From assembly GCF_027921745.1 (NCBI RefSeq), contig NC_079240.1:2294001-2346755 (forward strand): 52,755 nucleotides of DNA, in the 5' to 3' direction. The translations under genes were made by a program, and so were the position numbers. Under the pieces are notes generated by a model. That model saw nothing but the letters and a program-made list of their open reading frames with translations. It was not told the origin of the DNA and did not search any database. Below, piece by piece: positions 11,305-21,880 of this stretch (its first letter is position 1; each line of letters starts with the position of its first letter). The DNA is from Schizosaccharomyces osmophilus. Lineage: Eukaryota.

Positions 11305-11932
11305 CATTTAGCATTTCCAAAACTCTAGTTGAGCACTGTTTCTCCATTCGATTCGTCAACTTTTGAACCTTCCATGGGTCTCTTCTGTCTCCTACATAAA
11401 GTTTCATTTCGCTCGTTCAACACCTTATGCTGCTGCTTTCCAACCAAATGACATAGATATGATTTATATTTACCTTTGGCACAAGGTTCACTGAGCGCTG
11501 TCGAACTGTGACTCAATCATGACCGGCAGGAAACGAAATTCCTGTTTCCAAGTAGTATATTAATCCACTCTCTAACTTGCTGTTTGCTCCAATTCTAAAT
11601 CTCTTTTTTTAGCTTCATTCTGTTTTGTTTTGTTTTGTTTTATTTAATTTAATTTATTAAATTTAATCTGTTCTGCTTTGCTCTGCTCTGCTCTATTTTC
11701 TTTTCCTTCGGCATCCCTCGGTTTTTACTTTGCGCTTCTTACGTTATTTTCCTCTTTTTCAACAACAATTTTCATATTTTTGCTTTTTTTCTGCTGACAC
11801 TGGTTTCAACATCTCCCTTGCCGCCGTTCGTTCATGCACGTTCTTTTTTAACTCGCCTTTCATCATTCATTCATCCATCTTCCTTCTCTAGCTTGACTCT
11901 TTTTTCTTTCTTCTTCTCTTCTTTTTTATTTA

Positions 11933-14890
11933 ATGCTTCCTCGTTCCTTTTTTCTTTCTTTCTTCGCTTTCTGTCTATGTATTAGCATCCCCTCCTTTGT
12001 CTTTGCACAAGATGCTTCCAAACCTACTTCCATCATTTCCTCCAGCACAACTACCTACAGAGTTTTGCCAACACCTTCCGTTGCTACTCTCGGAATCCCA
12101 CAAACCCCTTCAGACGACCAGCCTTATCGTGGAAGAAACTGTCCTGGCTATCGCGCTCTTAACGTCTCTGAATCATCCAATGGTGTAATTGCTACTCTCG
12201 CCCTTCGCGGTCCTGCTTGCTATGCTTATGGCAATGATTACTCCCATCTACTCTTAAATGTCTCCTATGATACAGTAGACCGTATTCATGTTTCCATTTC
12301 TGACCTTGAAGGCAAACAATTCCGTTTTACCAACCGTTCTGACGTTTGGGATGCTCCTCTTTATCATGATCTAACTCATCCTTCCAATCGCTCTTACTCC
12401 TTCTTATACAATGCCGATCCCTTTGAGTTTTGGGTTGTCAGAACTACAGATGGAGAAGTCTTGTTCGACACCCGTGGCCATTCTCTCATTTTCCAAGATC
12501 AATATATTGAACTCACCACTAACATGGTCGAAAATTACAATCTTTATGGGCTTGCAGAGACAGTCCATGGTCTTCGACTTGGTAATAATTTAACTAGGAC
12601 CTTTTGGGCCAATGGCGATCCTTCCCCTCTTGATAGCAATGCCTATGGTACTCATCCATTTTATTTGGAACAAAGATACAGCCCTGAACGTAATGATTCT
12701 TCAGTTAATCAAACCGAATACCATTCTTCTTCTCATGGTGTGCTCATGCTTACCGCAAATGGCATGGAAGTCTTATTGCGCCCAAATTATTTACAATACC
12801 GAATGATTGGTGGCGTAGTCGATTTGTACATTTACGTCGGAGGTTCAGATGATCCCAAAAAAACGGTTTCCCAATTCGTAAAGTCTATCGGAACACCGTC
12901 TATGCAGCAGTATTGGACACTCGGATTTCATATCAGCAGGTGGGGCTACTCTAACGTCTCTGATATTTTGGATGTCCGAAAAGGCTTTTCCGATTTTCAA
13001 ATCCCTGTCGATACATTCTGGAATGATATCGATTACATGTACATGTATAGAGACTTTACAATGGATCCAATTTCGTATTCCAAAGGCAACATGGTGGATT
13101 TCTTTAAAACCATAGAGTCCACACATCAACACTATGTTCCTATGATAGATGCCGCTATCTATGCTGCCAATCCTAATAACAGAAGTGATGATTCCTACTA
13201 CCCATATTATAAAGGAATCGAGGATGACATCTTTATAAAGAATCCAAACGGGTCCATTTACGTGGGAAATGTTTGGCCTGGTTATACAGTATTCCCCGAT
13301 TTTACGAATCCTGCGAGTAGCACATACTGGAAAGATTGCCTTTTTAATCTTACTCAAGATTTCGGAGCTAACTCTAGTGAATTACCTACATTTACTGGTT
13401 TATGGATTGATATGAATGAGCCAACTTCATTTTGTGTTGGATCATGTGGTTCGGGTCACTTGGATGAAAATCCGGTGCACGTAGCCTTCGTTTTAGAGGG
13501 CGAAACTAATAACGTTGTATATTCATATCCAGAAGGATTCAACATCACAAATGTTACTGAGTACTCAGCCATTTACATGTCCTCTCTCTCTCAATATCAT
13601 GCTACAGCTACCTCCACTATGGAGAAAGTTAAGGGCTCACCCACTCCTTTGAATTCTAAGCCAGAACATAATTTCAATAATCCACCTTACGCACTTACTA
13701 TCGAGCAGGGTAATGGTGACCTTGCCAATGAAGGACTGAGTACAAATGCTACTTACCATGATGGTACCGTAAGGTATAATCTTTTCAATATCTATGGTTA
13801 TGGAATGGCAAAAGCAACTTACGATGCTTTGGCTTCGATCTACGAGAATAAGCGTCCTTTCATTTTAAGTCGATCCACATTTTTGTCTTCTGGAAGATAT
13901 GCCGCTCATTGGTTAGGCGATAATTATTCTTTATGGTCGAACATGTTCTTTTCCATTCCCGGAATGCTTACGTTCAACATGGTTGGCCTTCCAATGGTTG
14001 GTGCTGATGCCTGTGGTTTTATGGGCAATACAGATGAGGACCTATGTTCGCGATGGATGGCTATGGCTGCATTTTCTCCATTCTTTAGAAACCACAATAG
14101 CTTAGGCTCAATATCTCAAGAACCTTACAGATGGGAGTCTGTTGCTGAATCTTCTAGGAGGGCGATGAGTATTCGCTATTCTCTTCTACCTTATTGGTAC
14201 ACTTTAATGAAAGACGCTCATTCTGACGGATTCCCGATGTTACGGGCATTGTTTCTTGAATTTCCAAATGAGCAAAACTTGGCCGCAGTTGATAGACAGT
14301 TTATGGTCGGTGATGCACTATTAATCACACCAGTACTTGAGCCAAACGTTAGTCACGTCCAGGGTGTTTTCCCTGGAAACAATGGTACCAAATGGTACGA
14401 TTGGTATAATCATACAGTCATTGAAAGACAGTATGGTGAAAATGTTACACTGTATGCTCCCCTAGAGCATATTAACGTCGCAATTCGAGGTGGAAAGATT
14501 ATTCCCCTTCAGGTGCCTTCTCTTACCACTTATGAGACGCGTCAAAACCCATTCAATCTTTTAGTGGCCCTTGATTCTAATGAATTTTCAGAGGGAACGA
14601 TTTACATTGATGACGGTGAGTCCATCACTCAAAACAGCACTTTGATAACAGAATTGCATTGTAATTCAAACAAGTTGTCAGTTTCATCAGTAGGTGATTA
14701 TCATGTTCAGCCCCCCTTGGCTAATGTTACTGTACTTGGTCTCTCCCAAGCACCTAGCAGAGTTCTAATGCAGAACACTGAAATTCATACTTTTACCTAT
14801 GTAAATGCAACTAAGGAACTTGTTATCACCAATTTAGACAATTATACCATGAACGGTGCTTTTTCGACAAATTGGACAATTTCATGGTAA
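11933..14890 (+). CDS. gto1: Secreted GH31 alpha-glucosidase/glucoamylase (SPAC1039.11c-like)
   Basis: 985 aa with an N-terminal signal peptide, catalytic WIDMNEP, acid/base HWLGDN, GADACGF, FFRNHN and many N-glycosylation sequons. The gto1 versus agl1/gto2 assignment is from recollection. Confidence 0.9.
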   Translation: MLPRSFFLSFFAFCLCISIPSFVFAQDASKPTSIISSSTTTYRVLPTPSVATLGIPQTPSDDQPYRGRNCPGYRALNVSESSNGVIATLALRGPACYAYGNDYSHLLLNVSYDTVDRIHVSISDLEGKQFRFTNRSDVWDAPLYHDLTHPSNRSYSFLYNADPFEFWVVRTTDGEVLFDTRGHSLIFQDQYIELTTNMVENYNLYGLAETVHGLRLGNNLTRTFWANGDPSPLDSNAYGTHPFYLEQRYSPERNDSSVNQTEYHSSSHGVLMLTANGMEVLLRPNYLQYRMIGGVVDLYIYVGGSDDPKKTVSQFVKSIGTPSMQQYWTLGFHISRWGYSNVSDILDVRKGFSDFQIPVDTFWNDIDYMYMYRDFTMDPISYSKGNMVDFFKTIESTHQHYVPMIDAAIYAANPNNRSDDSYYPYYKGIEDDIFIKNPNGSIYVGNVWPGYTVFPDFTNPASSTYWKDCLFNLTQDFGANSSELPTFTGLWIDMNEPTSFCVGSCGSGHLDENPVHVAFVLEGETNNVVYSYPEGFNITNVTEYSAIYMSSLSQYHATATSTMEKVKGSPTPLNSKPEHNFNNPPYALTIEQGNGDLANEGLSTNATYHDGTVRYNLFNIYGYGMAKATYDALASIYENKRPFILSRSTFLSSGRYAAHWLGDNYSLWSNMFFSIPGMLTFNMVGLPMVGADACGFMGNTDEDLCSRWMAMAAFSPFFRNHNSLGSISQEPYRWESVAESSRRAMSIRYSLLPYWYTLMKDAHSDGFPMLRALFLEFPNEQNLAAVDRQFMVGDALLITPVLEPNVSHVQGVFPGNNGTKWYDWYNHTVIERQYGENVTLYAPLEHINVAIRGGKIIPLQVPSLTTYETRQNPFNLLVALDSNEFSEGTIYIDDGESITQNSTLITELHCNSNKLSVSSVGDYHVQPPLANVTVLGLSQAPSRVLMQNTEIHTFTYVNATKELVITNLDNYTMNGAFSTNWTISW

Positions 14891-15094
14891 CTTTTGTAAT
14901 CAAGAGTTATTTCAATCCTTTTAAGCTGTCTACAATAACTATAAAAATTTTTTTATAAAGACAAGTTATCTCTATCAGAAACGAGGTACCTTTTCTCTTC
15001 TGGGTTACTCGAAACTTAGTCTACGGATATTTAGGTTGTATATAGCAATAACAACACGTTAGTGTGTATTTTGATTGCATCTAGCATAAATATA

Positions 15095-15177
15095 GGCCGT
15101 GTGGTTTAGATGGTTATAATTTCTGCTTAACACTATATGTTCGCAGACGGTCCCAAGTTCGAGTCTTGGCACGGTCA
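15095..15177 (+). tRNA. tRNA-Val(AAC) with a 9-nt intron (15133-15141)
   Basis: Acceptor stem GGCCGTG/CACGGTC+A. D loop TAGATGGTTA. Anticodon arm TCTGC-TT-AAC-A[CTATATGTT]C-GCAGA. T loop GTTCGAGTC. T5 Pol III terminator at ~15184. Confidence 0.95.
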
Positions 15178-15813
15178 TATTCATTTTTGTTAAATTCTAG
15201 TGCAAAAAGATTTGTCTTTAATGTTTGAACTGTATCCTAATAAAGTGCATCAGTAGAAGCCGTATCACAAATTGAAATCGATGGTTTTTTGACTTAAGTC
15301 TTTGGCTAATTCTTCAGAATATCATTCGCTTGTAGTATTTACTATGGCCAATCTAAAATCTACTTTAAGAGGAAATAGGAGACTAACATAATATATATGT
15401 TTAATTTAGCGGATTGTTAGAGAATTGTGCGCTGAGAACATTCTTTCCAAGCATCTTCTTCAGTAAATCGGAAAATAAAATGGAAAAGCAAGGACTGAAC
15501 AGTTCGCTAGATAGTCTCTCATTTAATCAAATACTTGGTTGCAACGTTCATTGGAAGCTTTAACCACTTTGTTATGTTTAAATGTCAAAAACATGTTTCG
15601 CACCAGCAAATTTGTGATTGAATAAATAGTACTAGCTAGCTTCTATATGAACAATTCGTTTAAATAAAAAGCGCTTTTAGTTGATGACCACTTTATTAAT
15701 ATATCCCTCATTTATAACGGCAAAGAGGGGAAGGTAATTACAATTTAGTCTAGCCATCAATAAATATTGAGCAAAATTAAAATCATATATCTTGATACAA
15801 AGAACTCAAAGTA

Positions 15814-17469
15814 TTATTTTTCTTTCCCTTCAAAAAATTCCGGTATAGATGAAGGATTACATGATTCACCTTTGAATGTTTCACTAGCCTTAGGTCCCTT
15901 GAACCATTTTCTGGCTGAAATGGCATACCAAATGAGTGTCAAGAAAATGGGTCCGCCGTAAACCAAGCAAGTCCAGTTCATGGTTTTTGGCGATGGATTT
16001 TTGTCATTTGGAAAGCACAAGACAGGAATCATCAACGCGACAAAAGCACAAGCAAGAGCACCGATAGGTCTTGAGTATCTACCAAGGTTCCACGGGCCTC
16101 TATGAAACTCAGAGTCTTTCATACAAAATACACGAATAAAAATGGGAATGGTAAAAGCTGAAAAAGCAGCAACAGCTCCCACTGAAAAAACTGCACTTGA
16201 AGTTTCATCACCGGCAAACAGCAAGAATAAAATACAAATACTAATAATTCCGTTGCAAATTACTGCATTTACGGGTGTTTTCGTTTGGTTATTTACTTTG
16301 CCGATCCATCCAGAAAAGGGGAGAATGCCATCTCTAGCATAAGAATACGCAATCCTTGAAGATGCAATTAAAGAACTTTGGCCCATCATCAATGTAGAGA
16401 AGATTGTTAGACTTAAAATGGCGATTGCAGCAGATTTTGGCATAACTTGACTTAAGTAAATACTCCACATATTACCACTTCCGGTTATGAGTGCATGAAC
16501 GTCAACAATCGTATAAGATACAAGGACTTGCATAAGCCAACCAACTATACCACCGATAACTGCAGTAAGTACAATAGCTTTCGGAGCATTAACACTGGCC
16601 TTGGCGCATTCTTCACTCAAGTGAAATGGAGCATCATAGCCGGACATTGTCCAAATGGCACCATTAAAAGAAAGCAACACAGCAAATCCATCTGGCCAAT
16701 TTGTTGTATTTTTAATTTCACGCCAAGGATGTGTACCATGGTTGAATTTGTCATTTTTTGCGGCATAACCGATAATCGCGAATGCAGCAATAAAAAGGAA
16801 GAGAATGTTAATGAATGTATTCACTCGGTTTATTTTTGAGATGTATCTTGTGGGAAGAGAAGCTAGAAAGCAATGTAAACATTGAATACCCACACTGAGC
16901 AAAAAAACTTGGTAATTTGTAGGTGAATAAGAGGATCTGTTAATACTTACAGCGCCCAAAATCATACTTGCAGCGCTGGAATTGACGGAAGGTTGTCCAA
17001 TTACATTTCCAATGTAGTTCGACCATCCAGTAATCCAGGAAGCTAAAGGACCCCAACCCTCAGGAGCAAAGACAGCTGCTGCATAATACAAGCCTCCCGA
17101 AGTTGGTAAAGCAGAGCAAATTTCTGCCATACTCAATGCAATACATATTAAAAAGAAAATAGCAATTAGCCAAGCCCATAGCAAGCCAGGAGTACCAACG
17201 TACGAAAGACTGAAGGATAGCGTTGAAGCAACGGAGGGAAGCAATCCTAGTACAGAAAAAGCAATTGAAAAGATACCAAATAAGGAAAGCTGGCGACGAA
17301 ACTCTTGTTTATATCCCAAGTCAGCAAGTTCTTCAGGATCATCCACGTTATCTTCTGAAGTCACCTTAGTAATCTTGGTATCAATTATAGACTCGGCGAC
17401 AACAGGATTTTTTTCTTCATTACTGAATGAAGATTTTTTGGATTGTGAACCCATACTATGTATTTCCAT
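15814..17469 (-). CDS. APC superfamily ACT-family (GABA/polyamine-type) amino acid permease (SPAC11D3.08c-like)
   Basis: 551 aa. Motifs LGYKQEFRRQLS, SMAEICSALPTSGGLYY, GYDAPFHLSEEC, YSYARDGILPFS, GPWNLG, MNWT, RKWFKGP. Confidence 0.93.
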   Translation of the reverse strand: MEIHSMGSQSKKSSFSNEEKNPVVAESIIDTKITKVTSEDNVDDPEELADLGYKQEFRRQLSLFGIFSIAFSVLGLLPSVASTLSFSLSYVGTPGLLWAWLIAIFFLICIALSMAEICSALPTSGGLYYAAAVFAPEGWGPLASWITGWSNYIGNVIGQPSVNSSAASMILGAVSINRSSYSPTNYQVFLLSVGIQCLHCFLASLPTRYISKINRVNTFINILFLFIAAFAIIGYAAKNDKFNHGTHPWREIKNTTNWPDGFAVLLSFNGAIWTMSGYDAPFHLSEECAKASVNAPKAIVLTAVIGGIVGWLMQVLVSYTIVDVHALITGSGNMWSIYLSQVMPKSAAIAILSLTIFSTLMMGQSSLIASSRIAYSYARDGILPFSGWIGKVNNQTKTPVNAVICNGIISICILFLLFAGDETSSAVFSVGAVAAFSAFTIPIFIRVFCMKDSEFHRGPWNLGRYSRPIGALACAFVALMIPVLCFPNDKNPSPKTMNWTCLVYGGPIFLTLIWYAISARKWFKGPKASETFKGESCNPSSIPEFFEGKEK

Positions 17470-18818
17470 AAGCTAAGATATGTTACTTTGAAATCTCTGG
17501 ATCCTTTACATGTAACGAATACCAACCATGCAAATCTAAGCTTAGTAGGAAAAAGTCAAAAAATGGTGATATTTTATCCTGTTTATAGGAATTGAATCAA
17601 CTAGGCCCTTTTCCAATCTTATCATTGAGTATAAAAATCTTAAGATACAAAAGGCCATCCATGGTGGAGCTCGGTTAACGCGGTTGGAAAATCGCTTTCT
17701 TTATATCATAGATTAAAAGTAAACTATTTCTTTACTCTAATATAGATAAAATGCTAAATACAAGTTTTTACCTGTGTTAATATCTGTATTGCTGTCTTAA
17801 CAGAAAAAGCAATCTCAATTACCAAAGTTAGTATGTTGGTGGTTCTTTGAGTATACAGTAAAACTAGCTTTCCAATCTCTAAGTGTAAATGCGTACGTTT
17901 CATCAATCGCTACTGTAGTCGTATTTTTGCACACATTATCTTAGTGATGCAAGGGCAGAGCAGTAAACATATAATCTTCAACAAGTGAAACAAAAAGGGG
18001 ATTGTCTTTGTTTGAAAATAAAGCAAAGCAAACTGGCCAAGGTTATTTCTGGTCAGTACGACGACCACTATTTTGCTCGTTTACTGGGTCTTGTTTGGGA
18101 AGCCATCTCCATCTTGCCGATGAAAACTAAACATTTCGCACTGAAGGCCTCGTTAGTATTGTAGGAAAGAGAATTGAGAGAATGCAACTGATATATAGTA
18201 GACTCGTGTGGTTGTTCCCTTTTTTGTCGAAAGTGGAATTGTAAGAAAATAACTGGTGGCATGTCATTATGTCAATACATTTCAAATAAAATCCTAGTTT
18301 TATTTGATTTGTATTTTCACAGTAAATGAAAAGAATAAATTGCTTGTACGGTGAATTACCAATCTCGTTAAGAATTGCATTGATTGCGAAGGTCTTGACA
18401 TAAAGAAACATCCTTTTTATGATCGTTTACATTTTCTCCTGATCCCAATAATTTTGATTTGCATTCTAAAGGAATTATCTATTACTACCAAAATAGACTA
18501 CAAGTATCATCTGTTAATTGATATTTTGGGAAAGTGAACACCTGAATGTTTGTTTACTAACATAGTGCAACGTCCTTGAGATGTTCAAATAATGAATTCC
18601 AGTGCATAAGATAATATATTTCTTTTAGAACTTTATCTTTTGCTTTCGTAAAAATATTTGATTTGGCTGGCAGTGTATACACACACGCTAAGCAAATGCT
18701 GAATTTCAAATCAAACCAGAGGGGCTACACTGGAATGAATGAGAGAAAATTTTCTTAAGGATTGTATTTAATACATCATGTTCTTTAATTAGAAAAGATA
18801 AAAGAAATCGAGTCTATC

Positions 18819-20516
18819 ATGCCTACAAAAGTTGTAAAACCTTCACAAAAAAAGCCCCAAATCAAGGCTTGCCTCAAGTGCAGACTTCGTAAGGTGAAAT
18901 GCAATCGACAATATCCTTGTTCTCGATGCAACGAAAGCAATGATACATGCATTTACGGAGAAAACATCATGGACAGTCGAATGGACGACTTTGGTACTCC
19001 CCGTCATATTACTCCTGTCGGTACGGATGATAGAGAAGAAACAGGGCAATTAGAGGTAGCTCCATCAATCTCAAATCATTTAGAAATAGAACGCAGGAAA
19101 TGGGCCTTTGTTGATTGGAGAAAGCTTGTAGAGTTATCGCAACAAAAAGCAAAGGACCATTTTTTAAAAGATGCCGAGTCTACTTTAATTGAGTATCTTC
19201 GAAAAGATCCTTCTATGCTGGAGATAATAGAGGAGTTACGGAAACTCCTCCCGCCTCTCGAAATCTGCAGACGTTTAATTGAACGATATTTTAGTACGCT
19301 CGAGGAGGTTAGCTGTATTTTCGATAAAACACAAATTGAGAAATGTATTTTTGATCTGGAAAATTCAAACGGAATTCCAGAAACGATACTTGTCATTTTT
19401 TCAGCTATTATATCTGCAGTGTTATCGTTTAGTGAGCCGCCGATCGAAGCCGTCAATTATCTTGCTTCCATAGGCAAAAATAGTGTCAATATCCGCCTAG
19501 AAATTGATTTGAAAATAAATGAGTTCTTGCAGGATGAAGAGGTTAATCGTCTCTGGAAAGACAATGACAGGATCCGACTACACGCATTACGAGCGCAGCA
19601 AGTCTCAAGGACAGATTTTCGAAAGTTAAATAATGATGTATGTAATGCTGTTCATATTGCTTGTTTTAGAAATCCCATTTTTCAAAGGATGGATTCGGAT
19701 ACTGGATCAGAAGCAAAACTTTGGTTGACGATTTGCGAGATTGATGCATTAGATTGTGTTTTAAACTCTTGTCCGCCTTGGATCCAACACGATGTTTATG
19801 CAATTTCAACACCGCTGAAAAGTAATTATTCCAATGAAAGTACTTATGAGTTTCATTGCATACTCGACAAACTTTTGGTGTGTGGTTTGGAGGCATACAA
19901 AACAGTACATTCATTAACTTCTGTAGAATTTATAGATGTAATTCCTCACTTCGAAACAAAATTATCGTTAATTTTGATGGATATCGAATCCAATTCTTCC
20001 TCTGATGATTCTAGTGCCATCTTTCGAGGTTTATTTTTGAAAGTTGTCTTTTGGGTTGTTCGGAAAAATTTATATCAATATTTTATTGCTGTATCTCCCG
20101 CATCTGTGCCTAATTATGAAAAACTTCTTCAAAATTTAACACAAACATTGAAACAGCTGACCCGCATTATAACCAACTCTATAAACATTTTCGAAGAATA
20201 TGGATGGCTAAATTGTATGCTAGTTCAAGTGGTTCATTCGTTTTTTCTCTTATGCATATGCTCAGATAAAGGATATAGCTTACAGGATGATTTTTTTAAC
20301 TCGGTATCAGTTATACAAGCAATTATAAAAAGGAAAAAATATTCTGAGCGATTATGGAAGAAGATGCATGATCTTTTGCAAGTATTAACTGGTGGTACTG
20401 TATATCATTCAGAGTTGGAAGATAATACTTTTGAACAAAACGATGAAACACTTTTTGACATGTTTGCCGATATTTTTGATTCTAATTTCAATCTTGTGGT
20501 GCCCTCGGGGTTGTAA
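18819..20516 (+). CDS. Zn(II)2Cys6 fungal transcription factor (SPBC16G5.17-like)
   Basis: CLKCRLRKVKCNRQYPCSRCNESNDTC binuclear cluster at the N-terminus and an acidic/hydrophobic C-terminal tail. 565 aa, divergent from the permease. Confidence 0.92.
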   Translation: MPTKVVKPSQKKPQIKACLKCRLRKVKCNRQYPCSRCNESNDTCIYGENIMDSRMDDFGTPRHITPVGTDDREETGQLEVAPSISNHLEIERRKWAFVDWRKLVELSQQKAKDHFLKDAESTLIEYLRKDPSMLEIIEELRKLLPPLEICRRLIERYFSTLEEVSCIFDKTQIEKCIFDLENSNGIPETILVIFSAIISAVLSFSEPPIEAVNYLASIGKNSVNIRLEIDLKINEFLQDEEVNRLWKDNDRIRLHALRAQQVSRTDFRKLNNDVCNAVHIACFRNPIFQRMDSDTGSEAKLWLTICEIDALDCVLNSCPPWIQHDVYAISTPLKSNYSNESTYEFHCILDKLLVCGLEAYKTVHSLTSVEFIDVIPHFETKLSLILMDIESNSSSDDSSAIFRGLFLKVVFWVVRKNLYQYFIAVSPASVPNYEKLLQNLTQTLKQLTRIITNSINIFEEYGWLNCMLVQVVHSFFLLCICSDKGYSLQDDFFNSVSVIQAIIKRKKYSERLWKKMHDLLQVLTGGTVYHSELEDNTFEQNDETLFDMFADIFDSNFNLVVPSGL

Positions 20517-21880
20517 ATTCGACAGAAAAAATAGTACATGTGCATTCTGAGTCCGACGTTTTTGAACTCCTTTTTAATATAGTATGAATTTTGTACTTGT
20601 ACGTACGGCATAGTCATAGTGCTATATTTTAAGGTCTTAATTATACATATAATATTAATGAAAAAGATGTATAAACGGCAGTTCTACTCGTTTGGGCATT
20701 AGAAGCAGAAATTAACATTACTCCAGGATGGCTTCGGATTCTTATTCATTAATCACTTTTACAATCCTTTTACGACATTTTAACTGTGTTATTTGAGATA
20801 CTTAAGAGGCTGACAGTATGAGAATCTCTACTACAGCTTTTTATTTTGACTGACTCACTATAGCAATTTGCTTTGGAAATTTACCTGAAACAGTCGGAAA
20901 AAATAAACTCTTTAAGCTTTCTGTTCATCGGCTAAATGCCTAAACAATCTAAACTCTTATTAAGCTCGGAGTGAAGTCTAATAACATTTTTTTCCCCCAT
21001 TGCTTTGACATAGCAGGACAATTAAGCAATGGCAGACGCCTCAATAAACTTAAGGAATGTATTATAAGATTCATAGTCGTGACCCGAGTATTTGTATAAG
21101 CCTGTAATCTTCTTATATTCCATAAAATTTCATTTCATGGACCCTCCTAAATATAAATCACGATTTATTTGTGAATCCAATTGAAATTCCTCACCGTCTA
21201 GTGAGTTTTATTTTGCAGGCCAGGCGATCTTTGAAGAACGGTTTGTATCATTCTGAAATCAATTATGCCTTCATAAAGTGCTTGCAAGTATGGCACAAGG
21301 ATACACTAGTCCAAGAGATATCTTGTTCTGAAATGCGAGGTATATTTTTTAAGTATATTTAGGAAATAAGTGGAAAGATAAGTAGCCTCAGAGAAGAGAT
21401 GACCCAACAAAAATCGAGCTTGAAAGGACAACTCCGATCCTTCATTAACGGTTATTTGATTCAGCCATCCGCCAACTTACTTTTAAAACTAGCAAGATAT
21501 AGCTATGATTTGAAAGTATCGTTAAAAGAAATTTCAAAATACATTTCGTATGGATTTTTCGCTACTTATAAATATACTGCAGGACCTCTCAAAATGCCGT
21601 TTACTCATTGTAATGTTTATTAACTATCCAACAATTCGTATTTGAACATCTCTCTTTCATTGCCGTGTACCACTTATTATAACCCCCTCTTATTTGCTTA
21701 CCTCGTATAGACAGTAAAATTTGAATTCCAGTATAGAGGCTTATGAGTAATGTGTGATGCATATTACATTGAATGATATCTCCGTCCTTACATGAAAAAA
21801 TGAAATGCTGAAGGCAATGGTAACTATTATGTATTTTATTACAAGAAAGTGTTGATAAAGAGGAATATTTTCGTTAATCG

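Noticed and set aside
11241..11320. Poly(A) tract as the tail of a retroposed element
   Set aside because: No flanking target-site duplication or recognisable element body.
9068..13357. Antisense ORFs of 148 aa and 170 aa within put4 and gto1 (likewise those opposite the SDRs)
   Set aside because: Shadow ORFs of real genes on the other strand.
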